Assembly: GCA_038257235.1 (NCBI GenBank)
Contig: JBBSJN010000001.1
Location: 1-49,691, forward strand
DNA: 49,691 nt
Source: Chitinophagales bacterium
Lineage (GTDB): Bacteria > Bacteroidota > Bacteroidia > Chitinophagales > Chitinophagaceae
Direction of reading: 5' to 3'
Below, piece after piece: positions 1-9,506 of this stretch. Below the pieces are notes generated by a model. It made no database searches. It saw only the letters and a list, made by a program, of their open reading frames with translations, and had not been told where the DNA came from. Both the position numbers and the translations under genes were made by a program. The stretch's first letter is position 1, and the number at the start of each line of letters is the position of its first letter.

Positions 1-230
1 GAACCGCCTACAGCAAAGGCGCTGATGTCGAGACCGAGAATTCCTAAAAAGGCCTCCCCGATAAACATAAAAAGGATCATCAATGCACCAGAGATCAATG
101 TGGCTTTAAATTCATTAATGCCACCCATTTTCTGTTTCAGCGTAATTAAAATAGGCACCGAGCCAACTATATCTATTACGGCAAATAAGGTGAATGTTAC
201 AGTAAGCAGTTTGTTGAAATCTATCGCCAT
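1..230 (-). CDS. MarC family inner-membrane protein (runs off window start)
   Basis: Manual translation from ATG at 230: MAIDFNKLLTVTFTLFAVIDIVGSVPILITLK...FIGEAFLGILGLDISAFAVGG, typical of MarC; missing from the ORF track because it is truncated. Confidence 0.85.
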   Translation of the reverse strand, partial: MAIDFNKLLTVTFTLFAVIDIVGSVPILITLKQKMGGINEFKATLISGALMILFMFIGEAFLGILGLDISAFAVGG

Positions 231-258
231 AAAAAGATTTTGGCAAAAGTAGGATAAG

Positions 259-298
259 TAAAATAGAAGGGGACAATATTCTGCCACCTTCTATTTTA
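259..298 (-). terminator. Intrinsic terminator-like hairpin after btuB-CWC
   Basis: TAAAATAGAAGG...CCTTCTATTTTA inverted repeat directly after the CWC stop. Confidence 0.6.
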
Positions 299-300
299 AA

Positions 301-516
301 TCAACGGTAAATATATTTTTCTTTAAACAGCTCTATATCATTTTGCAATGTGGTGAGGCAGGTAGTACAAAGACAATCATTATAACGAAGCTCAATAAAA
401 GCCTTTTGCTCATCTGTAAGCTTTATGCCATAGCATTGGCATTGTGCAATGTTGCCAGGTTTGCATTCAAATGGTTCTTTGCACCGTGGGCAGTTTTTTG
501 TTTCCTGTAAGCTCAT
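301..516 (-). CDS. Cysteine-rich CWC family small protein
   Basis: CPRC-x3-FEC-x6-CQC...CLCxxCL pattern; 12 nt downstream of btuB. Confidence 0.8.
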   Translation of the reverse strand: MSLQETKNCPRCKEPFECKPGNIAQCQCYGIKLTDEQKAFIELRYNDCLCTTCLTTLQNDIELFKEKYIYR

Positions 517-528
517 GATACAGATTTA

Positions 529-2508
529 TCAAAATGTAAAACGAATTCCACCACTACCATTAAAGCCAAGTGTATTAAAGCCACTTATTTCAGTGTATTT
601 GCTGCTGGTTATATTTCTAATGTCTGCAAATAGCTTCAGTTTATTTTTCAGCAAACCATACTCAGCATAAACATCCCACAGAACATAATTTTTCAAAGTG
701 GCGTTGACCGTTGCAAAAGTTGTATTGTCAAAGTAAGCATCTTTCCTTTTGCCTACACTCATAAAGTTGCTGCTGATATATAAGTTTTTACAAAGCTGGC
801 TGCCAATGTTGATCCCGATACTTGATTTTGGCCTTCGAAGTAAGTTATTATAAGTAGTGTCCTTCCCGTTTTTCTGTGTAGTTATCTCACCGGTTACATA
901 AGTATAAAATGCTTTGATTGTCGTTCCTTTATTGATCTTGTAACTTGTTTCCAACTCAAACCCGTTATCTTTTTGTTTGTCCTGATTGATGTATTGTGAT
1001 TGGAATGTAACGCTGTTGAAATAAAAGAAGATCACATCATTCACATTGCGGTTGAAAGTAACAGCTCTGCCGGTAAATTTATTATCAGCAGAAAAGTATT
1101 GTAAACCAGCTTCCGTTGTAATGCCTGCTTCAGGTTTTAAATCGGTGTTTCCGTATTCCGAAAAAAGCTGATACAACGAAGGTGTTCTGTAAGCTGATGA
1201 AATATTGGCAAATAATTTTAGTTTTTTATTTATGAAATAAGTAGGATTAATATTAAACACTGCATAACTTCCATATTCGGAATGGAAATTTACACGGCTT
1301 CCCAGCTCAAGATTGAAACCTGATGTAGAATTCCAGTTCATCGCACCATATATACCAAATTGATTTTGATGCAGGCTGTCTTTTGCATAATCAGATTTAT
1401 ATGGTCCAAAAAAGCCAACAGAAGAATATGACTGATCCGACACTGATGACCTGTAATCCACCCCGGCAGTCAGTTTTGTCTGGTTGCTCAATGGAATATG
1501 CATATATGCATCTGCAAAATGTTCTGCTCCTTTATAAATGCCCTGCGACCAAATATCATATCCGTTCCTGCTTTTTACAGAATCATCAGTATAAAGCCGG
1601 TTGATATTATTGTAGTTGTAAAGTATGTTTAGTTTTGATTTTCCAATATTGAATTCATTTCTTACCCCGGCCTGCCAACTTTTTTGTTGATAGGTATAAT
1701 CCAGTTCATCAGTAAAAGCTCCCTGATCAATATCACCTTTTATATTACTATAACGAAAGAATGGCTGTATATAAATTTTATCTGAAGGTTGTATGCCTAA
1801 CCCTAACTGAATACCAGTTTGCTGAAAACCATCTTTGTCTGTTGGAACAGAATTATTATTATCAATCGTTTCATTAATGCCTTTTGTGTTGTGAAAAGAT
1901 AATGCAGCATTATAATCAATCATCCCTGATTTTCCACTGACACCTGCATTGGTCCTGAAAGTTTTATTACTGCCATAGCTAAGTAGTGCATTGCCTGCTA
2001 TTGGCTTGGCAGAAGACCTTTTTGTTATGATATTGATAACTCCTGCAATTGCATCGCTTCCATACAATGTAGATTGACTTCCTTTTAATATTTCAATCCG
2101 TTCAATATTTGCTAAAGGCAGATTACGGATATCAAAATTGCTGCCGATACCAGATGGGTCATAAACCGGAATCCCATCAATAGTTATCAACGTATGCCCA
2201 ACCCCGGCACCACGTAAATAAACACTTTTATCTTTACCTGCATTACTGTTGGCTCCGCCAATAAACACTCCTGCCTGTTCTGTTAGTAATTGTGATAAAT
2301 CTTTGCCACCGCTTCTTTCAAGTTGCTCCCTGGTAATGATACTAACTACTTTACCAGTGAGTGATGTTTTGTTTGGATACTTGTTGGCTGTAAGAACCAC
2401 TTCATCTAATGAAGTACTGGTGGTGTCCCCGCCATTGCGGGGCTGACTCTGAGCTTTTAACTGACTGCTGATAATGACAGCAGCCACTACAAAAAAATGT
2501 TTTTTCAT
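529..2508 (-). CDS. btuB: TonB-dependent cobalamin receptor BtuB (start revised to MKKHFF)
   Basis: Signal peptide, TonB box LDEVVLTA, plug motif IERIEILKGSQSTLYGSDAIAGVINII, C-terminal F; downstream of a cobalamin riboswitch. Confidence 0.88.
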   Translation of the reverse strand: MKKHFFVVAAVIISSQLKAQSQPRNGGDTTSTSLDEVVLTANKYPNKTSLTGKVVSIITREQLERSGGKDLSQLLTEQAGVFIGGANSNAGKDKSVYLRGAGVGHTLITIDGIPVYDPSGIGSNFDIRNLPLANIERIEILKGSQSTLYGSDAIAGVINIITKRSSAKPIAGNALLSYGSNKTFRTNAGVSGKSGMIDYNAALSFHNTKGINETIDNNNSVPTDKDGFQQTGIQLGLGIQPSDKIYIQPFFRYSNIKGDIDQGAFTDELDYTYQQKSWQAGVRNEFNIGKSKLNILYNYNNINRLYTDDSVKSRNGYDIWSQGIYKGAEHFADAYMHIPLSNQTKLTAGVDYRSSVSDQSYSSVGFFGPYKSDYAKDSLHQNQFGIYGAMNWNSTSGFNLELGSRVNFHSEYGSYAVFNINPTYFINKKLKLFANISSAYRTPSLYQLFSEYGNTDLKPEAGITTEAGLQYFSADNKFTGRAVTFNRNVNDVIFFYFNSVTFQSQYINQDKQKDNGFELETSYKINKGTTIKAFYTYVTGEITTQKNGKDTTYNNLLRRPKSSIGINIGSQLCKNLYISSNFMSVGKRKDAYFDNTTFATVNATLKNYVLWDVYAEYGLLKNKLKLFADIRNITSSKYTEISGFNTLGFNGSGGIRFTF

Positions 2509-2625
2509 TATTAATGAATTTTTTGTTGTGACTGCTTCCGTGTAAATAAGAGATAGAAATATAAACGTCCTTCGACTTTTACATCTCATGCCTTTCACCC
2601 GAAAGCTGAATGTTGTTTGCTTGAT

Positions 2626-2826
2626 GTGGCAGGTCTTCTGGCTTACTTCATCAGTTTTACCTTCCCATCCATTTTTTAAAAGGACAGTGGTATGAAGAAA
2701 ACTGATTTTTCCTCCCCCTGTCTGCCAACAGGCAGGCTTCTGGGGGCGGGGAGCTTACAGCTACGGGGATAGCGTCAGATTTTGACTGACTTCCCTTTTA
2801 ATTCCGGTTATTATGCCGGAAACCAA
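2626..2826 (-). ncRNA. Cobalamin riboswitch
   Basis: Minus strand: GGTT-hairpin-AAAAGGGAAGTCAGTCAAAATCTGACGCTATCCCCGTAGCTGTAAG...ACCACTG...GGGAAGG...AGCCAGAAGACCTGCC (B12 box); boundaries approximate. Confidence 0.92.
2717..2736 (+). repeat. Family A mini-palindrome (20 nt) within a host hairpin (2711-2753) inside the riboswitch
   Basis: CCTGTCTGCCAACAGGCAGG; removal leaves CCTCCCCTTCTGGGGGCGGGGAG. Confidence 0.9.
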
Positions 2827-2833
2827 ATCGCTG

Positions 2834-2841
2834 CAAATGTA
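2834..2841 (-). promoter_or_regulatory. Bacteroidota -7 promoter element for the riboswitch-btuB transcript
   Basis: TACATTTG on the minus strand (TAnnTTTG consensus) just 5' of the riboswitch. Confidence 0.7.
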
Positions 2842-3115
2842 GGGAGAGGATATATCTTTTCAGAAATAAATATTTAAATCTGAAATTTTATTCTTTGGAA
2901 TAAACTTTGCAGTATTCATACGGTCAGTCTAAAATCAGGGTTTTATACAGCAATTCTAAAATTTCCTGAATTATTTAACATAGTGGGTAATAATCAAAAT
3001 TAAATTCAGCCGTTTTTTATTTAATCCCGATAATTTATTTTTTCTCGTTTCCAATAACGGCCTGCTTTTATTGTAATAAACAGAGAATGATTCTTTTCTT
3101 TTTGAAACAAAAAAT

Positions 3116-3874
3116 ATGATTATAATAATAAAAAGAAAAATAGTTGCCGTTTTTATTGTTTTTGTTCTGGTGAATGGTAATTATGTCAATGCTCAGCTTG
3201 TGCTTCCACGATTTGAAATAGGAGCTGGCATCAGCAGCACTATTTATCAGGGAGATTTAACACCGAGTAGTTTTGGATCTTATAAAACCATGAAAGCAGG
3301 ATTTCAGTTACATGGAAGCCTTATTTTAAGTCCTTCTTTTTTGGCAAGAACAAACCTGGCTATTGGAGGACTACGGGGCGATGATGCAGCCTACGATAAT
3401 CCTGCATTCAGAAAGCAGCGGAACTTTACTTTCAAATCACCGGTAATCGAATTGTCGGAGCTAGTAGTTTGGAATCCTTTAAGAACAAATTATAAGAACA
3501 TTGGTTTTTCTCCTTATCTGATGGCAGGTGTCGGTATTAGTTTCTTAAACATAAAAAGCGATGCCAGTAATTTTAATCCAGACTATTTTGCTGAAAGTGC
3601 AGAGATATTGCAAAATATAGCAGATGATCAGGAACATGGTACTCCCAATATTATTCCTGTAGTGCCGGTGGGTGCTGGTGTACGGTATGGATTTTCTCCT
3701 ACTCTTGCCGTTTATGCAGAATCAGCCTACAGGCTAATGTTCACCGATTACCTTGATGGTTTTAGTAAGTCCACGAATCCTGATCAAAACGATCACTATC
3801 AGACAATCTCCGTTGGTGTTATATTCAGGCCGGGTAGTAAAGGAAAACTGGCTTGTCCTGCGGTAAGTTATTAA
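3116..3874 (+). CDS. Outer-membrane beta-barrel protein (DUF6089-like)
   Basis: Signal peptide, YQGDL near the N-terminus, YRLMFTDYLDGFS and alternating beta strands. Confidence 0.65.
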   Translation: MIIIIKRKIVAVFIVFVLVNGNYVNAQLVLPRFEIGAGISSTIYQGDLTPSSFGSYKTMKAGFQLHGSLILSPSFLARTNLAIGGLRGDDAAYDNPAFRKQRNFTFKSPVIELSELVVWNPLRTNYKNIGFSPYLMAGVGISFLNIKSDASNFNPDYFAESAEILQNIADDQEHGTPNIIPVVPVGAGVRYGFSPTLAVYAESAYRLMFTDYLDGFSKSTNPDQNDHYQTISVGVIFRPGSKGKLACPAVSY

Positions 3875-3879
3875 TCGGA

Positions 3880-5988
3880 TTATTTAGTTGTTGATTTAAT
3901 CCATTGAAAAGAAATTCCCACATAATAATTTCTTGGCGGAGCAGCATTGTAAAAGCGGTTGGCAGCGGCATTGATATCGTTACCTAAGCTATAGGTTTCA
4001 TTCAACAGGTTATCAACTCCTGCATAAAAATTAAATTTGTATTTGCGCTGCAATGTTTTTTTCCATCCTGCTCTGCAGCCGAGCAGATAATATGGTTCTG
4101 CTGATGCAGTGTTTGCATCATTCAGAAAAATTTTTGAAGCCGAGTAGTAAGTAATATTTGAATAGATACCGTTCTTTAGTTGAACATCAGCTAAGGCTGA
4201 TAATATAGTAGCCGGAACGGATGGAACCGTTTTGCCGGAAAAATCATTAATGCCTTTTATAAAACTGCCGTATCGGAAATGGTTGTAAGTATGTGCAATT
4301 GTTATAGCCAAATAATCTAACAATGAAACGGAGGAAGCCTGGTGTGTATAATGAATCTGTGATTCAATCCCTTTTTGCTTCACATCTCCCGCATTCACAA
4401 AAAAATCAGCACCTGAAAGATCCCTTCGCTGTACCAGTGCATTATTCAGTTTGAAATGGAATCCGGTTACTTCAACATCAAACCTGTGTTTCCATCTTCC
4501 TAAACTATAGTTAAGTCCAAGTTCATAATTCCAGCCATATTCGGCTTCAAGATCTGTGCTGATAACACCTGTTGATGGCAATAACTCACCAACTGTAGGT
4601 GGAGAAAAGCCTCTTGATACAGTTGCTTTCAAGGCAAAATCATTTGCAAATAATTTTTTTAATGAAATCCGTGGAGCCAATTCATTCTTATACCTGCGGG
4701 TTTGTTTTAATACCGGATATTGATTCAGTCTGCTAAAATTTACTTTTGTTTTATTCAGACTGATGCCGGTATTGATAAACCAATTTTTATTAAGACTTAT
4801 ATCTCCCTGCACAAAAAAATTATAAGTAGTATAATCAATATCATCGTTTGTTTGAAGGGTGTCAGGGTTGCCATTCTTGTTTTTTGAAACCTGTGTATTG
4901 AAATATCCTTGTTGAAATTCGCTGCCGGCTACCAATTGCAATTCATTGGCATTTTCATCTTTCTTTTTATAAGTGAAAAAAGTACGTCCGCCAAAACCGG
5001 GTTCATTCCTTCTTTCATAATTACGAATGGCCGGATTTTTTATTTGTGAAAAAGCACCGTATAAAGTCGTTGAATTTTTGAACGAATTAGTGATGTGATA
5101 AACGTTTGTAAATCCTGCTGTAATATTTTTCTGATAAATGGCTGCTTTTGCGTTTACTGCCGAAGGGAAAGCACCTGCGGCTGGCCTCGCTGCTTTTGGA
5201 TCAGCAGTAAACTCGGCCAATGTTAATGCGCCGGGAGTTTCATAAAATAAGTCGGTAAATAAAACAGCTGCTGATAGTTGCTGTTTGTCTGATAGTTTTA
5301 GTTGCGATTGCCAGGAAAAATTATCTCTCCGCATTTTAGTTTGTAGTCTATAGCCATCAGTTTCATTGTGGGCATAGGTAATCTGATTTTTATTCTCCTG
5401 CCCGACAACGTCATTCAGGCGGGCTTTTTTGCCAAATGCAACAGAAGTAAAGATGTTTTGCAGATTGTAGCTGCCTGTAACATATTCAAGACTTGCTCCG
5501 GGTTTCCAGGTATCGAAATTATTGACGAGGATTAAACCGCCGGTACCGGCTCCGTACATACTTCCTGCTGGTCCTTTAAAAATTTCGATGGAAGAAAAAT
5601 TATTCCATGCCAGTTGGTTAAAATAAGTATTGCCGCCCGGATCCGTTAATGGAATATTGTTCCAATAAACTTTTACGTTTCTTACGCCAAATGGGGAACG
5701 GAGAGAACTGCCTCTTATATTAATACGATAGCTACCGGGGCTTCTCTCTTCCATTCTTACACCGGCTATTGTATTAAATCCATTTACCAATGATGTTTTG
5801 TTATTCCGGTCACCATTATTGAATTCTATGATTTTTACCGTAGCAGTAGAATTCCTTATGCTCATGTTTTGCTCAAAAGCTTTTATAGTTACCTCGTCAA
5901 GAATTTTCGTAGAATCATTTATTGTTTCCTGGCTATAGCTTATAGAAATAATAAGAGAAAAGAAAACAAAAAGTATAATTTTTTTCAT
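3880..5988 (-). CDS. TonB-dependent receptor (YncD-like)
   Basis: LDEVTIKA TonB box; MEERSPGSYRINIRGSSLRSPFGVRNVK plug; YNAAPPRNYYVG C-terminus. Confidence 0.85.
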   Translation of the reverse strand: MKKIILFVFFSLIISISYSQETINDSTKILDEVTIKAFEQNMSIRNSTATVKIIEFNNGDRNNKTSLVNGFNTIAGVRMEERSPGSYRINIRGSSLRSPFGVRNVKVYWNNIPLTDPGGNTYFNQLAWNNFSSIEIFKGPAGSMYGAGTGGLILVNNFDTWKPGASLEYVTGSYNLQNIFTSVAFGKKARLNDVVGQENKNQITYAHNETDGYRLQTKMRRDNFSWQSQLKLSDKQQLSAAVLFTDLFYETPGALTLAEFTADPKAARPAAGAFPSAVNAKAAIYQKNITAGFTNVYHITNSFKNSTTLYGAFSQIKNPAIRNYERRNEPGFGGRTFFTYKKKDENANELQLVAGSEFQQGYFNTQVSKNKNGNPDTLQTNDDIDYTTYNFFVQGDISLNKNWFINTGISLNKTKVNFSRLNQYPVLKQTRRYKNELAPRISLKKLFANDFALKATVSRGFSPPTVGELLPSTGVISTDLEAEYGWNYELGLNYSLGRWKHRFDVEVTGFHFKLNNALVQRRDLSGADFFVNAGDVKQKGIESQIHYTHQASSVSLLDYLAITIAHTYNHFRYGSFIKGINDFSGKTVPSVPATILSALADVQLKNGIYSNITYYSASKIFLNDANTASAEPYYLLGCRAGWKKTLQRKYKFNFYAGVDNLLNETYSLGNDINAAANRFYNAAPPRNYYVGISFQWIKSTTK
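5397..5423 (-). repeat. Family B mini-palindrome (27 nt), in frame within the TonB-dependent receptor
   Basis: Minus strand CCCGCCTGAATGACGTTGTCGGGCAGG, 19/27 identical to the 35740-35766 copy. Confidence 0.75.
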
Positions 5989-6044
5989 GGAAAATGGAAT
6001 TAGATGGCGGTAAAATTAGGGTGTTTTCTCTGTATCTTCAAGCC

Positions 6045-7370
6045 ATGATTGCAAAGAACAAGTTGGGTCTCTTTTCCCTTACAATGATCGTTATAGGACT
6101 CGTAATTGGTACTGGTATTTTCCGTACTTCGAAAGATGCAGCGCAGGCAGCAGCTACACCCACCATCTTCTTTGCGGCTTGGGTTGTTGCTGGCCTTGTT
6201 GCCATTTGCGGAGCATTAACCTATGCTGAGATTGGTAGCCGCTATCCTGTTACAGGTGGCTATTACAAAATATTTTCTTATGCCTATCATCCCTCATTGG
6301 CATTTGGTATCAATGCAATTATTCTGATTTCAAATGCAGCATCTTTATCTGGTGTTGCTTTAATTGGCAGCGAATATATTTCTCCTTTACTTTTTGAAGC
6401 AGCCAATGTGGAAAAGTGGAAGCCATTTGTAGCCATGTTTGCCATTATTCTTTTTTATGGCGTTAATCTACTGGGGCTAAGAATGAGTTCGCAGACACAA
6501 AATGTGCTGATGGTTATTAAAATCGCAATGTTGTTGGTGATCATCGCTGCTTTATTTTTTCCTGAAGTGCATAGCATTGCACCTGTTGTTGTTGATGAAA
6601 GTAAAACCTCAGCTGCAGCTTTATTGCTTTCTTTTGGCGTAGCGTTGAAAGCCACTTCATTTACGTATGGTGGTTATCAGCAAACCATCAATTTTGGTGA
6701 AGAAGTGGTGAATCCGCAAAAGAATATTCCCAAAGGAATTTTTACCGGTATCATCATTATTATCGGTCTTTACTTATTAGTAAGTTATGCGTATGTAAAA
6801 GTGATTGGGTTTAATGAACTTAAAGAAACATCGGGTATAGCTTCTGTGGTTGCCGAAAAAATGTTTGGCACTGCGGGAAAGTATGCTTCTTCTATTTTAT
6901 TATTCCTGGCGGTGCTGGCTTATGTAAATGTTTTATTGCTCAGCAATCCAAGAGTTATGTATGCCATGAGTACTGACGGTATTTTACCAAAGATTTTTCA
7001 AAAGAAAGATAAAAAGAAAGATGTAATGACAGTAAGCCTAACAGTTTTTGCTGCCATGTGTGTGGTTGTTTTGTTTTTTGCAGACAAGTTTGAAAAGATT
7101 CTGAGTTTTACCATTTTCCTTGATTCTATTGGAATGGCCACTTCCGCTGCTACTATTTTTGTACTTCGCAAAAAAACAGCACATTTAAATGGAACGGGCA
7201 TCTATTCTATGAAACTATACCCGCTGCTGCCAATATTATTTATCATAGCTTACATATTTGTGGGAACAATGATTGCCATAAATGAACCTCAATTGGCATT
7301 AACAAGTATCAGTGTGCTGGCAGGGTTTATTGCTTTGTATTTTGTAATACGTAACTTTAAGGTGAAATGA
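6045..7370 (+). CDS. APC family amino acid permease
   Basis: LGLFSLTMIVIGLVIGTGIF, ALTYAEIGSRYPVTGGYY, about 12 TM helices; start revised to MIAKNK. Confidence 0.88.
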   Translation: MIAKNKLGLFSLTMIVIGLVIGTGIFRTSKDAAQAAATPTIFFAAWVVAGLVAICGALTYAEIGSRYPVTGGYYKIFSYAYHPSLAFGINAIILISNAASLSGVALIGSEYISPLLFEAANVEKWKPFVAMFAIILFYGVNLLGLRMSSQTQNVLMVIKIAMLLVIIAALFFPEVHSIAPVVVDESKTSAAALLLSFGVALKATSFTYGGYQQTINFGEEVVNPQKNIPKGIFTGIIIIIGLYLLVSYAYVKVIGFNELKETSGIASVVAEKMFGTAGKYASSILLFLAVLAYVNVLLLSNPRVMYAMSTDGILPKIFQKKDKKKDVMTVSLTVFAAMCVVVLFFADKFEKILSFTIFLDSIGMATSAATIFVLRKKTAHLNGTGIYSMKLYPLLPILFIIAYIFVGTMIAINEPQLALTSISVLAGFIALYFVIRNFKVK

Positions 7371-7903
7371 GCGGAGTTGTAAAAATATTGCCACATTATA
7401 CTTACGATGATTATGTTCATTGGGAAGGTAAATGGGAGCTTATTGATGGGGTTCCTTATGCAATGAGCCCGGCACCGGTGCCTAAGCACCAAACGCTGGC
7501 AGGTAACATACATGCAGAGTTTAGGATGAAATTAAAAAATTGCAAAAAATGTAAAGTTTATCAGCCCATTGATTACAAGGTGGAAGATGATACAATTTTT
7601 CAACCCGATATGCTGATTGTGTGCGGAGAGATTTCAAAAAAATATTTAGATTTTCCTCCGGCATTAGTTGTTGAAATTTTATCGCCTGCTACTGCGGCCA
7701 AAGACAGGTTTACCAAATTTCCTGTTTATCAAGCTAAAGGAATACCTTATTATATAATAGTTGATCCTGATCTTGAGGAAGTAGAAGTATATGAGCTTAT
7801 AAAAGAACAATATAAAATGACGGCAAGGGGGAAGGATATTCAGCATTTGTTTACTATTGACGATTGCATGGCTGATATTGATTTTAAAGAAATCTGGGAT
7901 TAG
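7367..7903 (+). CDS. Uma2 (DUF820) family PD-(D/E)XK endonuclease-like protein
   Basis: ELIDG..MSPAP..HQ, QPD, VVEILSP.T...D...K...Y...GI..Y.IVDP; ATGA overlap with the permease stop. Confidence 0.88.
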   Translation: MSGVVKILPHYTYDDYVHWEGKWELIDGVPYAMSPAPVPKHQTLAGNIHAEFRMKLKNCKKCKVYQPIDYKVEDDTIFQPDMLIVCGEISKKYLDFPPALVVEILSPATAAKDRFTKFPVYQAKGIPYYIIVDPDLEEVEVYELIKEQYKMTARGKDIQHLFTIDDCMADIDFKEIWD

Positions 7904-8015
7904 TTATTCTAATATTCATTATAAGCTACAATTTACAAAAGAGCCACACCGTCCATTACTCCCACTTATAAAAAATCATCAATCAGGCAGCTCAATTCAA
8001 TTATTTTTGCTGAAT

Positions 8016-9461
8016 ATGAAACTGGGTACATTATTATTTACATTATTGGTAATCAATAGTTCAATTACGGCGCAGGAAACACCTGCGGTTGTTGAAAAAT
8101 GGGATCTTCAAAAATGCGTGGAATATGCCATGCAGAATAATATCTCTGTTCGTCAGGCTGATCTGCAAATCAGGTTTGCAGAGCTTGACCTTTATCAGAG
8201 TATACAATCGCAATATCCCGGGTTGAATTTTAGCAGTAATCTTAGCTACAGTTCAGGACGTAATCAGGATCCAACTTCTTTTAGTTTAATAACAGCCGGT
8301 TATTTAAATAATGGCTACTCATTGCAAACTGGAGTTGATGTATTTAACTGGTTTACAAAAAGGAATACAATTGCAATGAATGACCTTACCATGAAAGCAA
8401 GGCAAGAAGGACTTGAAAAAGCAAAGAATGATGTTGCGTTGAATGTAGCCGTAGCTTATTTACAAGCTTTACTTGCAAAGGAGCAAATTACATTGGCAAA
8501 GTCAAGAGTAGAACAGACCAAAGCACAATTAGAAAGTACCAGAAAACAGGTTGATGCGGGGAAGCTTCCTGAATTGAATGCGGTAAATTTAGAATCGGTT
8601 TTAGCCAGTGATAGTTCTGCATTGATTAGTGCACAGATTACTGCCAGTCAGGCTTTATTGCAAATGAAAGCATTGTTGAATCTGGATGCGGCAACAGCGT
8701 TTGATATAGTTACGCCGCCAGTTGATTTGATTCCCATTGAATCTCTTGGGGATTTACAACCGAATGCAGTATATCAGCTGGCAATAAATAGTTTACCCCA
8801 GCAAAAAGTTGATATCCTAAATGTGATGGCTGCAAAAAAAGGGGTGGAAGTTTCCAGAGGCTCAATGTATCCTACATTTTCATTGTTCGGAAGTTTGGGT
8901 ACTACTTTTAACAGCAGGGCATCTGAAATAAAATCCAGCACCAAAATAAATGCGCCAGTAGGTACTGTTTCTGTTAGCGGAACACCTTATCAGGTATTTC
9001 CATTATCTCCATTTGACTTGTATTCATATGGAAATGTGAGTTATTTTGATCAATTTACTAGAAACTTCAGACAATCTGTTGGCTTGTCGCTAAGCGTTCC
9101 GATTTTTAATGGCAGCAGTTTACGTACACAATGGAATCGTTCAAAACTACAGCTAAGGCAGACCGAATTACAGAAAGAGCAAAATAGTTTTACCTTAAAA
9201 CAAGATATTTATAAAGCATATAATGATGCTGTGGCTGCGTTACAGTCATTCAATGCAAATAAAAAAACGGTTGAGTTTTCTGCCAAGGCATATGATTTTG
9301 CATCAAAGCGATATGAATTGGGCCTGCTTTCAACGTATGATTTAATTACTTCTCAAAACACATTGCAACAGGCAAAGATTCAACTTTTATATTCACAATA
9401 CGATTATGTGTTTAAAATGAAGTTGCTTGAATTTTATAAAGGCCAGGGTTTGAAACTTTAA
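8016..9461 (+). CDS. TolC family outer-membrane efflux protein
   Basis: WDLQKCVEYAMQNNISV, LSLSVPIFNG, RYELGL; start revised to MKLGTLL. Confidence 0.88.
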   Translation: MKLGTLLFTLLVINSSITAQETPAVVEKWDLQKCVEYAMQNNISVRQADLQIRFAELDLYQSIQSQYPGLNFSSNLSYSSGRNQDPTSFSLITAGYLNNGYSLQTGVDVFNWFTKRNTIAMNDLTMKARQEGLEKAKNDVALNVAVAYLQALLAKEQITLAKSRVEQTKAQLESTRKQVDAGKLPELNAVNLESVLASDSSALISAQITASQALLQMKALLNLDAATAFDIVTPPVDLIPIESLGDLQPNAVYQLAINSLPQQKVDILNVMAAKKGVEVSRGSMYPTFSLFGSLGTTFNSRASEIKSSTKINAPVGTVSVSGTPYQVFPLSPFDLYSYGNVSYFDQFTRNFRQSVGLSLSVPIFNGSSLRTQWNRSKLQLRQTELQKEQNSFTLKQDIYKAYNDAVAALQSFNANKKTVEFSAKAYDFASKRYELGLLSTYDLITSQNTLQQAKIQLLYSQYDYVFKMKLLEFYKGQGLKL

Positions 9462-9506
9462 TGTATTCTCACATTTCCACATCTTCTAATTTTCTAATTT
9501 GCGTTT

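Noticed and set aside
25-252. 75-aa plus-strand ORF at the window start
   Set aside because: It is the antisense shadow of the MarC gene
2509-2598. 30-aa N-terminal extension of btuB in the ORF track
   Set aside because: It overlaps the riboswitch expression region; MKKHFF at 2508 begins a proper signal peptide
9466-9500. CACATTT/CTAATTT short iterations between tolC and the adaptor
   Set aside because: Too short and AT-rich to call from one instance
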